Source of the DNA: Squalus acanthias
Taxonomy: Eukaryota
Length of the DNA stretch: 64,000 bases
Direction: 5' to 3'
Assembly (NCBI GenBank): GCA_030390025.1
Contig: JASTWF010000288.1
Location: 248,001 to 312,000 of the forward strand
Below, one piece after another: positions 1-11,900 of the stretch (position 1 is its first letter; the number at the start of each line of letters is the position of its first letter). Both the position numbers and the translations under genes were made by a program. Under the pieces are notes generated by a model. It was not told where the DNA came from. It made no database searches and was given only the letters and a program-made list of their open reading frames with translations.

Positions 1-214
1 GATAGTGGACGGGGGTTGGATCCAGGAACACAGAGAATAACCCCGACACACTCCCGCTCCAGGGACCCCGACACACTCCCACTTCAATGATCCCAAAGCT
101 TTCACACTTCAATATCCTTCCTGGTGATATGATCCCTCAGCTCGATCCCATTTGGGTGAAAAAGCTTCCCTGACTTGGTTTGTCCTTCTTCCTCCCAACT
201 CTCTCATTAAAGGA

Positions 215-330
215 CAGCGACCTGAAACGTTAACTCGGCTTCTCTCTCCACAGATGATGCCTGAGTATTTCCAGCAGTTTCTCTTTTTATTTCAGATTTC
301 CAGCATCCACAGTAGTTTGCTTTCGTCTCT
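215..330 (+). mobile_element. Penelope-like element terminal fragment
   Basis: cgacctgaaacgttaactc...ctccacagatgatgcctgagtatttccagcag resembles the tails that follow the Penelope GIY-YIG regions at ~18840-18915 and ~39745-39815. Confidence 0.5.
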
Positions 331-482
331 CATTTTTAATCTGTTCTCCCGAGATTGAGACAATTTAGCTGCATCAATCGTCATAATTTCAAAATGTTCA
401 ACTGGTTCATCTCGAACGTTCCTCGATCCAGGAGACCAATATGTTCAATTTGCTCAATCATGTAGAGACAACTTCACCAGGC

Positions 483-670
483 CCTGGTCCCAGTGTGGAG
501 CCTCGCTAGAATCGCGAGCTTGTAACACACAGGGCCGACTCTCCCACACACCCTGGTGTCTCGCAGTGCCTGGTCCCAGTGTGGAGCCTCGCTAGATGGG
601 AGAGCTTGTAACACACAGGGCCGACTCTCCCACACACCCTGGTGTCTCGCAGTGCCTGGTCCCAGTGTGA
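483..670. repeat. 86-bp tandem repeat (~2.2 copies)
   Basis: cctggtcccagtgtg recurs at 483, 569 and 655. Confidence 0.85.
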
Positions 671-719
671 ATGCGGAGCCTCTAAGCTGTCCTCTCCATC
701 TTTACTAAATTCCTACTCC

Positions 720-1290
720 ACAGCTGATCCTTTATAAAGCACTGGCTAGGCCACAACTGGAGTATTGCGTCCAGTTCTGGTCACCACACTTTAGGACGGA
801 TCTGAAGGCCCTTCAGAGGGTGCAGAGGAGATTTACCAGAATGGTTCCGGGGATGGGGGATTTTAGCTACAAGGACAGGTTGGAGAAGCTGGATTGGTTT
901 TCATTAGAGCAAAGGAGGTTGAGGGGTGATTTGATAGAGGTGTACAAGATTATGACGGGTTTGGATAGGCTAGACAGGGAAAGGCTGTTCCCACAAGTTG
1001 ATGGTACAAGGACTAAGGGACACAGAATTAAGGTTTTGGGCAAGAGATACAGGGGGGATGTGAGGAAAATCTTTTTTACGCAGCGAGTGCTGATGACCTG
1101 GAACTCGCTGCCGATGGAAGTGATGGAAGCGGAGACACTCAATGTTTTCAAGGGGAGACTGGATAGGCACTTGAGGGAAATAAATTTGCAGGGCTACGGG
1201 GATAGAGCGGGGGAATGGGACTGACTGGATTGCTCTCCAGAGTGCCGGCACGGACTCGATGGGCCATTATGACTGACTATGAATCTATGA
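720..1290 (+). mobile_element. CR1-clade LINE 3' fragment
   Basis: ORF 820-1224 QRRFTRMVPGM...SLEQRRLRGDLIEVYKIM...FFTQRV...WNSLP is a typical CR1 ORF2 C-terminus, followed by a ctatga-type tail. Confidence 0.9.
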
Positions 1291-1714
1291 CTCTTGGCTG
1301 GCTCTCGCTGTGGTGTCCCTTGTGCAACCTGCTGACCCTCTGATCAGTGTCCTGAACTGCACACAGTCCTGCAAAGTGTCTAACCAAGACCTTTATACAG
1401 CTGCAAATGGAGTACAATGGTATCCAATCCGAGCAGCCCCGGCTGACGTTGGGAGAGGGGAGAGCGAAATTGCACACATTCATCCCATGATTTTCCACTT
1501 ATTAAAATGGAAAACCACACCCGCGCAAGTGCAATTTTGTGATGTGGTTCTGGAGAGCATTGGGATCTGGGAAGAGAGAGTTTTACCCCAGCATACCCTC
1601 AACTAATTTGTTCTGTCCCTCTGCCCATGGAATCCAATGGTAAATCCTCCAGTCAGAGGTTTCCCCATGCATGCTCCCAGGATGACAGAAAGTAGAGTTT
1701 TTACCCCCTTGATC

Positions 1715-2035
1715 TCACTCTCTCCCCAGAGTCAGAGGTTGTGGGTTTGAGCCTCACTCCAGAGACTTGAATACATAATTCAGGCTGACCCTCCAGTGCA
1801 GTGCTGAGGGAGTGCTGCACTGTCCAAGGTGCAGTCTTTGGGATGAGGCATTAAACCAAGGCGCCCTCTCAGGTGGACATAAAAGATCCCACGGCCACTA
1901 CAGGAAGAAGAGCAGGGGAGTTCTTCCCGGTGTCCTGCACCAACACTCCTCAACCAACATCACCAAATAATACATTAACTGGGTCACTCATCTCATTGTA
2001 GTTTGTGGGATCTTGCTGTGTCCCAAATGGCAAGA
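1715..2035 (+). mobile_element. tRNA-derived Deu-domain SINE (SacSINE1/AmnSINE-like)
   Basis: Head gagtcagaggttgtgggtttgagcc, then a Deu-like core gcagtctttgggatgag...aaagatccca...gagcaggggagttcttcccggtgtcctg. Recognised from memory of the family. Confidence 0.7.
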
Positions 2036-2859
2036 TTTCCCTCTGCTTCCTAAGAGTCACTGAAATTAAAAGTAATTTATTGTGTCGTTTGAGATATCAA
2101 CAGGAACTTGAGATGGATAAATACCAGTGTTACATATCATGTCTGCTGGCTGCCTCTCAGACTTTGCCGATAGTTGACAATGGACAATGTATAAAATCAC
2201 TTTTGCAATCTTGGCCGCTATTTTCCATTTCGGAGATTCACATAGAACACCCATGAGATTGGTCTGAAATTAAAGCAAAAGAAGATGAAACACTCAGCTC
2301 TTGGACATGTGTGCGAGTTGCACTGGGATTGCTCCTGCCTCGACCCTCCTTATGCCTCTGGGATGGCTCCCACTTGCCCCCGTCTGGAGAGTGATACACC
2401 TCATCCCTCTTGGCATAGTGTCCGAGGAATCAGGAACTCCCAGCACAGGGGAGTGTTGACTCTGACTCCATCCTCTTGGCATCACTGGCTTTGTCAGGAG
2501 AGGGCAGAGGTTCTGACATTTACCAAGCCGATCAGGAACGTCCCGAGTCAATGGGATTTGCCATGTCTGGGTCCCTGCCCTTTTCCCCGACACTCTGCCA
2601 GGGTTACAGCAGGACTCAGCTGAACTCGCCAGCAAATTCAGGACTAAGCACGGATGCAAATTCCCATCAGCACAGCTATCATCGTGGTCCATGGACGTTT
2701 TGGAAATCTCGGTCTATGCCCAGCTCCCATTCCTGACATTTTCCAACTCTCCCTGAAGAATTTAATGCAGATACATGACACTGATTGTATTGCATGTGTA
2801 ATCCACATCTCCATCTTCTACCTTCAAATCAAATCAGAGATCCCAGTCCAGAGGTCACA

Positions 2860-3305
2860 GTATCATAAAACACAGAAGGAGGCCATTCAGCCCATCGTAC
2901 CTCTGCCGGCTCTTTATAGAGCTATCAAATTAGCTCCACCACCTGCTCTGCCCCCGTAGCCCTGCAAATGTTTCCACCTTCAAGTATTTCTCCAATTCCC
3001 TTTTGAAAGTTACTATTAAATCTGTATCCACCACCCTATCCGGATCACAACACTCAATGCAAAATAAATTCTTCTCATCTCTCCTATAGAATCATAGAAT
3101 AGTACAGCACAGAAGGAGGCCATTCAGCCCATCGAGTCTGCGGTGGCTCTTCTGAAGAGCAATCCAGTTAGTCCCGCTGACCCACTTCCTCCCCACATGC
3201 CTGCAACTTTTTCTCCACCAAGTATCCATTCAATTCATCCCTGAAAGCCACCATTGAACCGGTCTCCTCCAATCCATCAGGCAGTGATTCTTTTGCCAAT
3301 CACCT
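2860..3305 (-). mobile_element. Two degraded CR1 3' ends
   Basis: acagaaggaggccattcagcccatcg occurs twice; it is the reverse complement of the CR1 tail. Confidence 0.65.
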
Positions 3306-3309
3306 GAAA

Positions 3310-4905
3310 TCCTGCTTAGGCAGTCCCTCGGAACAGAGGATGACTCGCTTCCACATTAAAAATGAGTTCTCAGGTGACTGATGAGTCTAATGCGGGACCT
3401 ACAGTCTCTGTCACAGGTGGGGCAGACGGTGGTTGAAGGGGCGGGTGGGTGGGGTGCTTGGGTTGACGTGCGCTGCTTGCACTTGGCTTCCGCTTGCTCC
3501 CGGCGAAGAGACTCGAGGTGTTCGGCGTCTTCCCGGATGCTTCTCCTCCACTTTTTGTGTGGTCTTGGGCCAGGGATTCCCAGGTGTCGGTGGGGATGTA
3601 ACACTTTTTCAAGGAGGCTTTGAGGGCGTCCTTGAAGAGTTACGTCTGCCCACCTGGGGCTTTCTTGCCGTGCCGGAGCTCCGGGTAGAGCGCTTGTTTT
3701 GGGAGTCTCGTATCGGGCATGCAGACAATGTGACCCGTCCATCGGAGCTGATCGAGCGTGGTCAAAGCTTCGATGCTGGGGATGTTGGCCTGAGCGAGAA
3801 CACAGACGTTGGTGCGCCTATCCTGCCAATGGATTTGCAGGATCTTGCGGAGGCAGCATTGGTGGTACCTCTCCCGTGCTTAGAGGTGCCTGCTGTACGT
3901 GGTCCATGTCTCTGAGGCATACAGCAGGGCGGGTATCACTGCTGCTCTGTAGACCATGAGCTAAGTACCGGGTTTGAGGTGCTGGTCTTCAAACACTCTC
4001 TTCCTAAGGCGACCGAAGGCTGCACTGGCACACTGAAGGCGGTGTTGGACTTCGTCATCGACGTCTGCCCTTGTTGACAGTAGGCTCCCGAGGTACAGAA
4101 AGTGGTCCACGTTGTCCAAGGTCTTGTCGTGGATTTTGATAATCGGGGGGCAGTACTGTGTGGTGGGGGCAGGTTGGTAGAGGACCTTTGTCTTACGGGT
4201 GTTTAGTGTAAGGCCCGTGCTCTCGTACGCTTCGGTGAAGGTGTTGACGATGGTTTGGAGTTCGACCTCTGAGTGAGCGCAGACGCAAGCATCGTCTGCA
4301 TACTGTAATTCCATGACAGAGGATGGGACGACCTTGGATCTGGACTGGAGGCGACGGAGGTTGAACAGTTTCCCATTTGTTCTGTAAATTAGCTCCACTC
4401 CAGTGGGGAGCTTACTGAGGGTGAGATGGAGCATTGCTGCAAGGAAGATTGAGAAGAGCGTTGGTGCGATGACACAGCCTTGCTTGACCCCGGTTCATAC
4501 GTGAATTGGGTCTGTGGTGGAACCGTTGGTCAGGATCACGGCTTGCATGTCGTCGTGAAGCAGGCGGAGGATGGTGACAAACTTTTGAGGGCAGCCGAAT
4601 TTGCAGAGGACACTCCATAATCCCTCACTGTTGACAGTGTGGAAGGCCTTTGTGAGATCAAAGAAGGCCATGTACAGCAGTTAGTGCTGTTCCCTGCATT
4701 TCTCTTGTAATTGACGCGCGGTGAAGATCATGTCCATTGTGCCCCTTAGTGGGCGGAATCCGCATTGCGACTCTGGGAGGAGCTCTTCGGCCACTGGGAG
4801 AAGGCAATTGAGGAGGATTCTTGCGATGACTTTCCCTGTGGCAGACAGCAGGGAAACTCCTCTGTAATTACCGCAATCGGACTTGTCACCTTTCTTGAAG
4901 ATGAC
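3310..4905 (-). mobile_element. RTE-clade LINE (RT domain to C-terminal zinc finger), degenerate
   Basis: IFKKGDKSDCGNYRGVSLLS...LPESQCGFRPLRGTMDMIF; YRTNGKLFNLRRL...ELQYADD; C-terminal CPTCDRDCRSRIRLISHLRTH. Confidence 0.88.
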
Positions 4906-5890
4906 CACCTTAAATATGTGTCCTCTGGTTACCGACCCTTCTGCCAGTCGAAACAGTTCCTCTCTAACTACTCTATCAAAACCTCTCATGATTTTGAACA
5001 TCTCTAATAAATCTCCTCTTAACCTTCTCTGCTCTAAGGAGAACAATCCCAGCTTCTCCAGTCTCTCCACATAACTGAAGTCCTTCATACCTGGCACCAT
5101 TCTAGTAAATCTCCTCTGCACCCTCTCCAAACTGTCATCTGCAAACTTTGAAATTTACCTATAGTCCAGGTCGTTAATATATATCAAAAATCAAGTGGTC
5201 CTAATACCGACCCCTGGGGAACACTACTGCACACTTCCCTCCAGTCTGAAAAACAACAGTTCACCACTTCTCTCTGCTTTCTGTCCCAAAATCTATTTCG
5301 TATCCACACAGCCACTGTCCCTTTAATCCCATGGGCTTCAATTTTGCCAACAAGTCTATTATGTGGTACTTTATCAAACATGTATACAACTTCAGCCACA
5401 CTACCCTCACATCAACCCTCTCCATTACTTCATCAAAGAACTCAATCAAATTCGTCAGACACAAATTGCCTTAACAAATCTGTGCTGGTTGTCACATACC
5501 TTTCCAAGTGACAATGGATTTATCTCGGATTAATGGCTCCAAAAGTTTCCCCACCACCGATGTTCGGGTGACTAGCCTGTTTACCCCTCTCCCCTTTTTT
5601 GAATAGTGGTGTAACATTTGCAATTGTCCAGTCATCTATCTTTCCTCTATATCTCAGAGACATTGGAAGATTGTGGCCAGACCCTCCGCAATTTTCACCC
5701 TTACTGCACTCAGTAACCTAGGATGCATCCCATCCGATGACTTTTCTACTCTGAGCGCTACTAACCTTTTCAGTACCACCACTTTATCTATTTTCATCCT
5801 ATCCAATTTCTCTACTACCTTCTCCTTTACTGTGACATTGGAAGCATCCTCTTCTTTAGTGAAGACAGATGCACAGTACTCATTTTGCCA
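4906..5890 (-). mobile_element. CR1 LINE fragments (internally deleted)
   Basis: CLTNLIEFFDEV, FDKVPHNRL, VPQGSVLGPL, ERVQRRFTRMVPGM. Confidence 0.85.
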
Positions 5891-6619
5891 TACATGCCAA
5901 ATCTCACACACCAGACGTCACATGCCAGATACACACTTTGTTAGAGACACGAAACAATTTAAAAAACAGGCAAAGACATCATTCTGCAAAGTTCCATCAC
6001 CAAGCAGCAACTGAACTCGAAGTGGCCCGTGCTTACTTGACAACAATTAGACTGTGTGAATTTAACGGCGTTCCGGTTCACCTTAGAGGAATAATTCATC
6101 CTGCATTACATATAACATTTCCAAAGGTTTCCACACTTCAGAGCATTGAGTAATGATGAGAATGTAAAGGGAATTATCTGATTTATGCTCTGGTGGGCAG
6201 CCGATGAGGAATTCTAGTGCAAACTCTGAATGATTGGCTGACCACGAATTTCAATAGATGGACGATCTGGAGTGATTTGTGCTTGAATTTGAGACACTCT
6301 TATACATGGGCACTCAACAGGGAAATCTGCCCCAGTCAGTTTCACCAATAGGTTCCTCCACAGAGCAGGAAGAGCCTCGGTACAACCGCTCCCCCAATAC
6401 CCCACCACCCGCAAGTCTGTGCACAGTGAGCTTATGCCAGCGGGACACGGGGGGAGGTAGCAAGGATCTACAACTGGTACTGAGCCCCACAGAGCAGGAA
6501 GAGCCCAGATTCCCCCCAGCCGATACACTTCCAAGTCAGGATGGTGTGACTTGGAGGGGAACTTGGAAGTGGTGCTGTTCCCATGCGCTGAATGGCCTCC
6601 TTCTGTGCCGTTATGACTA

Positions 6620-7700
6620 TGAAGTGCTGGGCTCCACCATCATTGAGGATGGGGATATTTATGGAGCCGCCTCCTCCTGTTATTTGTTTAATGGTCCACC
6701 ACCATTCACAACTGGATGTGGCGGGACTGCAGAGCTTTGATCTGATCCGTTGATTGTGGGATTGCTTAGCTCTGTCTATAGCATGCTGCTTCCGCTTTTT
6801 AGCATGCATGTAGTCCAGTGTTGCAGCTTTCCCAGGTTGGCACCTCATTCTTAGGTACGCCTGGTGCTGTTCCCGACATGCTCTTCTACACTCATTGTTG
6901 AACCAGGGTTGGTCCCCTGTCTTGATGGTAATAGTAGAGTGGAGGATATGCCGGGCCATGAGGTTACAGATGAGGAATACAATTCTGCTGCGGCTGATGG
7001 CCTACAGCGCCTCATGGATGCCCAGTTTTGAGCGGCTAGATCTGTTCTGAATCTACCCCATTTATCACGGTGGTGATGCCACACAACACGATGGAGGGTG
7101 TTCAGTGTGAAGACGGGACCTCGTCTTCACAATGACTGTGCGGTGGTCACTGCTACCAATGCTGTCATGGACAGATGCATCTGCGACAGGTAGATTGGTG
7201 AGGACGAGGTCAAGTAGGTTTTTCCCTCGTGTTGGTTCTTTCACCACCTGTCGCATCCCAGACTGGCAGCTATGACCTTCAATACTCGGCCAGCTCAGTC
7301 AGTAGTGGTGCTACCGAGCCACTCTTGGTGATGGACAATGAAGTCCCCCACCCAGGAGTATATTCTATGCCCTTGCTACTCTCAGTGCTTCTTCCAAGTG
7401 GTGTTCAACATGGAGGAGTACTGATTCATCAGCTGAGGGAGGGCGGTAGATGGTAATCAGCAGGAGGTTTCCTTGCCCATGCTTGACCTGAAGCCATGAG
7501 ACTTAATGGGGTCCAGAATCAATGTTGAGGAATCCCAGGGCCACTCCTTCCCGACTGTATACCACTGTGCCACCACCCCTGGTGGGTCCATCCTGCTGTT
7601 GGGACAGGACATACCCAGGGATGGTGATGGAGGAGTTTGGGACGCTGGTTAAAAGGTATGATTCTGTGAGTAAGGTTATGTCAGGCTGTTGATTGACTAG
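6620..7700 (-). mobile_element. LINE (CR1/L2 group) APE-endonuclease region
   Basis: QQPDITLLTESYL...RGGGTVVYSREG; QVVKEPTRGKNLLDLVLTN...GSSDH; IKTGDQPWFNNECRRAC. Confidence 0.8.
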
Positions 7701-7707
7701 GAAGTAC

Positions 7708-7983
7708 CTCACTAAGCAATGGTAATAAATTCATCCTGAAGTTGTCCGTTCCAATTACAGAACAACCACCAAATTGGACACGACCACGATACATCTGTGC
7801 ACATTCTTCATCACGGACCCTCATATTTATCGTTACATCTGTTTCACTCCAGGTGCCGTCGATTTTCAAATTATTACCATGCCCTTGGATACTTCCATCA
7901 GGTTCAAAGAGCAGAAATACTACAAATTCATGGTCAGATTCGGGTGAGTGAATTGCCCATTGACCAAATAAAGGCGATTTGCT
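7708..7983 (-). CDS. Predicted exon B (phase 0-0, 92 codons): second copy of an uncharacterised probable beta-barrel domain
   Basis: Acceptor ttttttttccag|AGC at 7983 and donor GAG|gtactt at 7708 (alternative A|gtgagg at 7713). Open frame SKSPLFGQW...EFVVFLLFEPDGSIQGHG...YRGRVQFGGCSVIGTD, homologous to exon A. Confidence 0.72.
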
Positions 7984-7997
7984 CTGGAAAAAAAAGG

Positions 7998-8275
7998 TCC
8001 CCATTAACAATAAACAAACATGTCCCAATTAAAAATAACCAAACATGTACCCATTACCAATAACCAAACATGTCCCCATTACCAATTAACAAACATGTCC
8101 CCATTAATAAACAAACATGTCCCCATTACCAATAAAGAAACATGACCCCATTAATAAACAAACATGTCCCCATTACCAAGAAACATGTCCACATTACCAA
8201 TAAACAAACATGTCACCATTACCAATAAAAAAACATTTCACCATTTCCAATAAACAAACAGCTCATTAAAAATAA
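7998..8275. repeat. 25-bp minisatellite, short degenerate array in the intron between exons A and B
   Basis: Unit aataaacaaacatgtccccattacc. Confidence 0.95.
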
Positions 8276-8570
8276 ACACATTTTTCAGTGCAGACATTAA
8301 ACCTTTTATAGCAAGTGTGTTCAAAGTGCAGAGAGAGAAACAGCACACTGATGTGTTAAGGGTCAGTGCTCCAACATCACATCAGGCATTTCTGTGTCCC
8401 CATATAGTCGTAATTTTCATGGAAATAGGTTGGGATTGTTTGCTGCGCTTGTATATTGCAGGAATGTGAGAAACTAAAGTGTTCACAATTGTACCGACAG
8501 CTCCACACATTATATAGAAACAATTCTGAATACAGTAGAGTGCCTTGGCTGGGAAAATGAGGGAACATAC

Positions 8571-8894
8571 CTTATTCCTGGTATCAATGCATTTCATACT
8601 CCATCCATCTTTTCCAGTAACTGCCCGGCCATTATAAGAAAATGTACCAGGATACTCCGCAACAATTTCCCCAGCAACACGTTTCTTCATGCAGAGTCCC
8701 TGGTTAATCAAATTGCCTTCTACATTAAACGGACCAGACTCATCACTGCCGTACCCTTTGATAGAACCATCACAGTTAAAGAGCAGGATTGCTACAAATT
8801 CAGGGTTCTCACTTGACATTCCAACGTTGAGTACTAATGGTGAATCGATCGATTGCTCATCATACTGTCTCTTCCATATCCCGCACACCGGAAC
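8571..8894 (-). CDS. Predicted exon A (phase 0-0, 108 codons): first copy of an uncharacterised probable beta-barrel domain
   Basis: Acceptor ttttttaaatccag|GTT at 8894 and donor AAG|gtatgt at 8571. Open frame VPVCGIWKRQ...EFVAILLFNCDGSIKGYGSDESGPFNVEG...YPGTFSYNGRAVTGKDGW, splicing in frame to exon B. Confidence 0.75.
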
Positions 8895-8904
8895 CTGGAT
8901 TTAA

Positions 8905-11900
8905 AAAACAAGCATGTCCCCATTACCAATAATCAAACATCTCCCCATTACCTTAAACAAACATGTCCCCATTCCCAATAAACAAACATGTCCCCGTTAC
9001 CAATAATCAAACATCTCCCCATTACCAATAATCAAACATCTCCCCATTACCAATAAACAAACATGTCCCCATTACCAATTAACAAACATGTCCCCATTAA
9101 TAAACAAACATGTCCCCATTACCAAGAAACATGTCCACATTACCAATAAACAAACATGTCCCCATTACCAATAAACAAACAACTCCCCATTACCAATAAA
9201 CAAACATGTCCCCATTACCAATAAACAAACATCTCCCCATTACCAGTAAACAAACATGTCCCCATTACCAATAAACAAACAACTCCCCATTACCAATAAA
9301 CAAACATGTCCCCATTACCAATAAACAAACAACTCCCCATTACCAATAAACAAACCTGTCCCCATTACCAATAAACAAACAACTCCCCATTACCAATAAA
9401 CAAACATGTCCCCATTACCAATAAACAAACAACTCCCCATTACCAAGAAACAAACATCTCCCCATTACCAAGAAACAAACATGTCCCCATTACCAATAAA
9501 CAAACAACTCCCCATTACCAATAAACAAACATGTCCCCATTACCAATAAACAAACATGTCCCCATTACCAAGAAACAAACATGTCCCCATTACCAATAAA
9601 CAAACATGTCCCCATTACCAATAAACAAACATGTCCCCATTACCAGTAAACAAACATGTCCCCATTACCAGTAAACAAACATGTCCCCATTACCAAGAAA
9701 CAAACATGTCCCCATTACCAATAAACAAACATGTCCCCATTACCAATAAACAAATATCTCCCCATTACCAGTAAACAAACATGTCCCCATTACCAGTAAA
9801 CAAACATCTCCCCATTACCAGTAAACAAACATGTCCCCATTACCAATAAACAAACATGTCCCCATTACCAATAAACAAACATGTCCCCATTACCAAGAAA
9901 CAAACATGTCCCCATTACCAATAAACAAACATGTCCCCATTACCAATAAACAAACATGTCCCCATTACCAATAAACAAACATGTCCCCATTACCAATAAA
10001 CAAACATGTCCCCATTACCAATAAACAAACATCTCCCCATTACCAAGAAACATGTCCCCATTACCAGTAAACAAACATCTCCCCATTACCAGTAAACAAA
10101 CATGTCCCCATTACCAGTAAACAAACATCTCCCCATTACCAATAAACAAACATGTCCCCATTACCAATAAACAAACATGTCCCCATTACCAATAAACAAA
10201 CATGTCCCCATTACCAATAAACAAACATGTCCCCATTACCAATAAACAAACATGTCCCCATTACCAATAAACAAACATCTCCCCATTACCAATAAACAAA
10301 CATGTCCCCATTACCAATAAACAAACATGTCCCCATTACCATAACAAACATGTCCCCATTACCAATAAACAAACATGTCCCCATTACCAATAACAAACAT
10401 GTCCCCATTACCAAACAAACATGTCCCCATTACCAATAAACAAACATGTCCCCATTACCAAAACAAACATGTCCCCATTACCAATAAACAAACATGTCCC
10501 CATTACCAATAAACAAACATCTCCCCATTACCAATAACAAACATGTCCCCATTACCAATAAACAAACATGTCCCCATTACCAATAAACAAACATGTCCCC
10601 ATTACCAAAACAAACATGTCCCCATTACCAATAAACAAACATGTCCCCATTACCAAACAAACCTGTCCCCATTACCAATAAACAAACATGTCCCCATTAC
10701 CAATAAACAAACATGTCCCCATTACCAATAAACAAACATGTCCCCATTACCAACAAACATGTCCCCATTACCAACAAACATGTCCCCATTACCAATAAAC
10801 AAACATGTCCCCATTACCAATAAACAAACATGTCCCCATTACCAATAAACAAACATGTCCCCATTACCAATAAACAAACATGTCCCCATTACCAATAAAC
10901 AAACATGTCCCCATTACCAATAACAAACATGTCCCCATTACCAATAAACAAACATGTCCCCATTACCAATAAACAAACATGTCCCCATTACCAATAAACA
11001 AACATGTCCCCATTACCAATAAACAAACATGTCCCCATTACCAATAAACAAACATGTCCCCATTACCAATAAACAAACATGTCCCCATTACCAACAAACA
11101 TGTCCCCATTACCAATAAACAAACATGTCCCCATTACCAATAAACAAACATGTCCCCATTACCAACAAACATGTCCCCATTACCAACAAACATGTCCCCA
11201 TTACCAATAAACAAACATGTCCCCATTACCAATACAAACATGTCCCCATTACCAATAACAAACATGTCCCCATTACCAATAAACAAACATGTCCCATTAC
11301 CAATAAACAAACATCTCCCCATTACCAAACAAACATGTCCCCATTACCAATAACAAACATGTCCCCATTACCAGTAAACAAACATCTCCCCATTACCAAT
11401 AACAAACATGTCCCCATTACCAATAAACATGTCCCCATTACCAATAAACAAACATCTCCCCATTACCAATAAACAAACATGTCCCCATTACCAATAAACA
11501 AACATGTCCCCATTACCAATAAACAAACATGTCCCCATTACCAATAAACAAACATGTCCCCATTACCAATAAACATGTCCCCATTACCAATAAACAAACA
11601 TGTCCCCATTACCAATAAACAAACATGTCCCCATTACCAATAAACAAACATGTCCCCATTACCAATAAACATGTCCCCATTACCAATAAACAAACATGTC
11701 CCCATTACCAATAAACAAACATCTCCCCATTACCAATAAACAAACATGTCCCCATTACCAATAAACAAACATGTCCCCATTACCAATAAACATGTCCCCA
11801 TTACCAATAAACAAACATGTCCCCATTACCAATAAACAAACATGTCCCCATTACCAATAAACAAACATGTCCCCATTACCAATAAACAAACATGTCCCCA

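Noticed and set aside
2294-2760. 132-aa minus-strand ORF as a further exon of the barrel-domain gene
   Set aside because: The candidate acceptor near 2753 leads to stops in all three frames before or apart from this ORF, and there is no recognisable motif. Unsupported, though not excluded.
4681-5130. 149-aa ORF joining CR1 and RTE motifs as a novel chimeric RT
   Set aside because: Chance in-frame junction where a truncated RTE abuts a CR1 fragment; both are degenerate.
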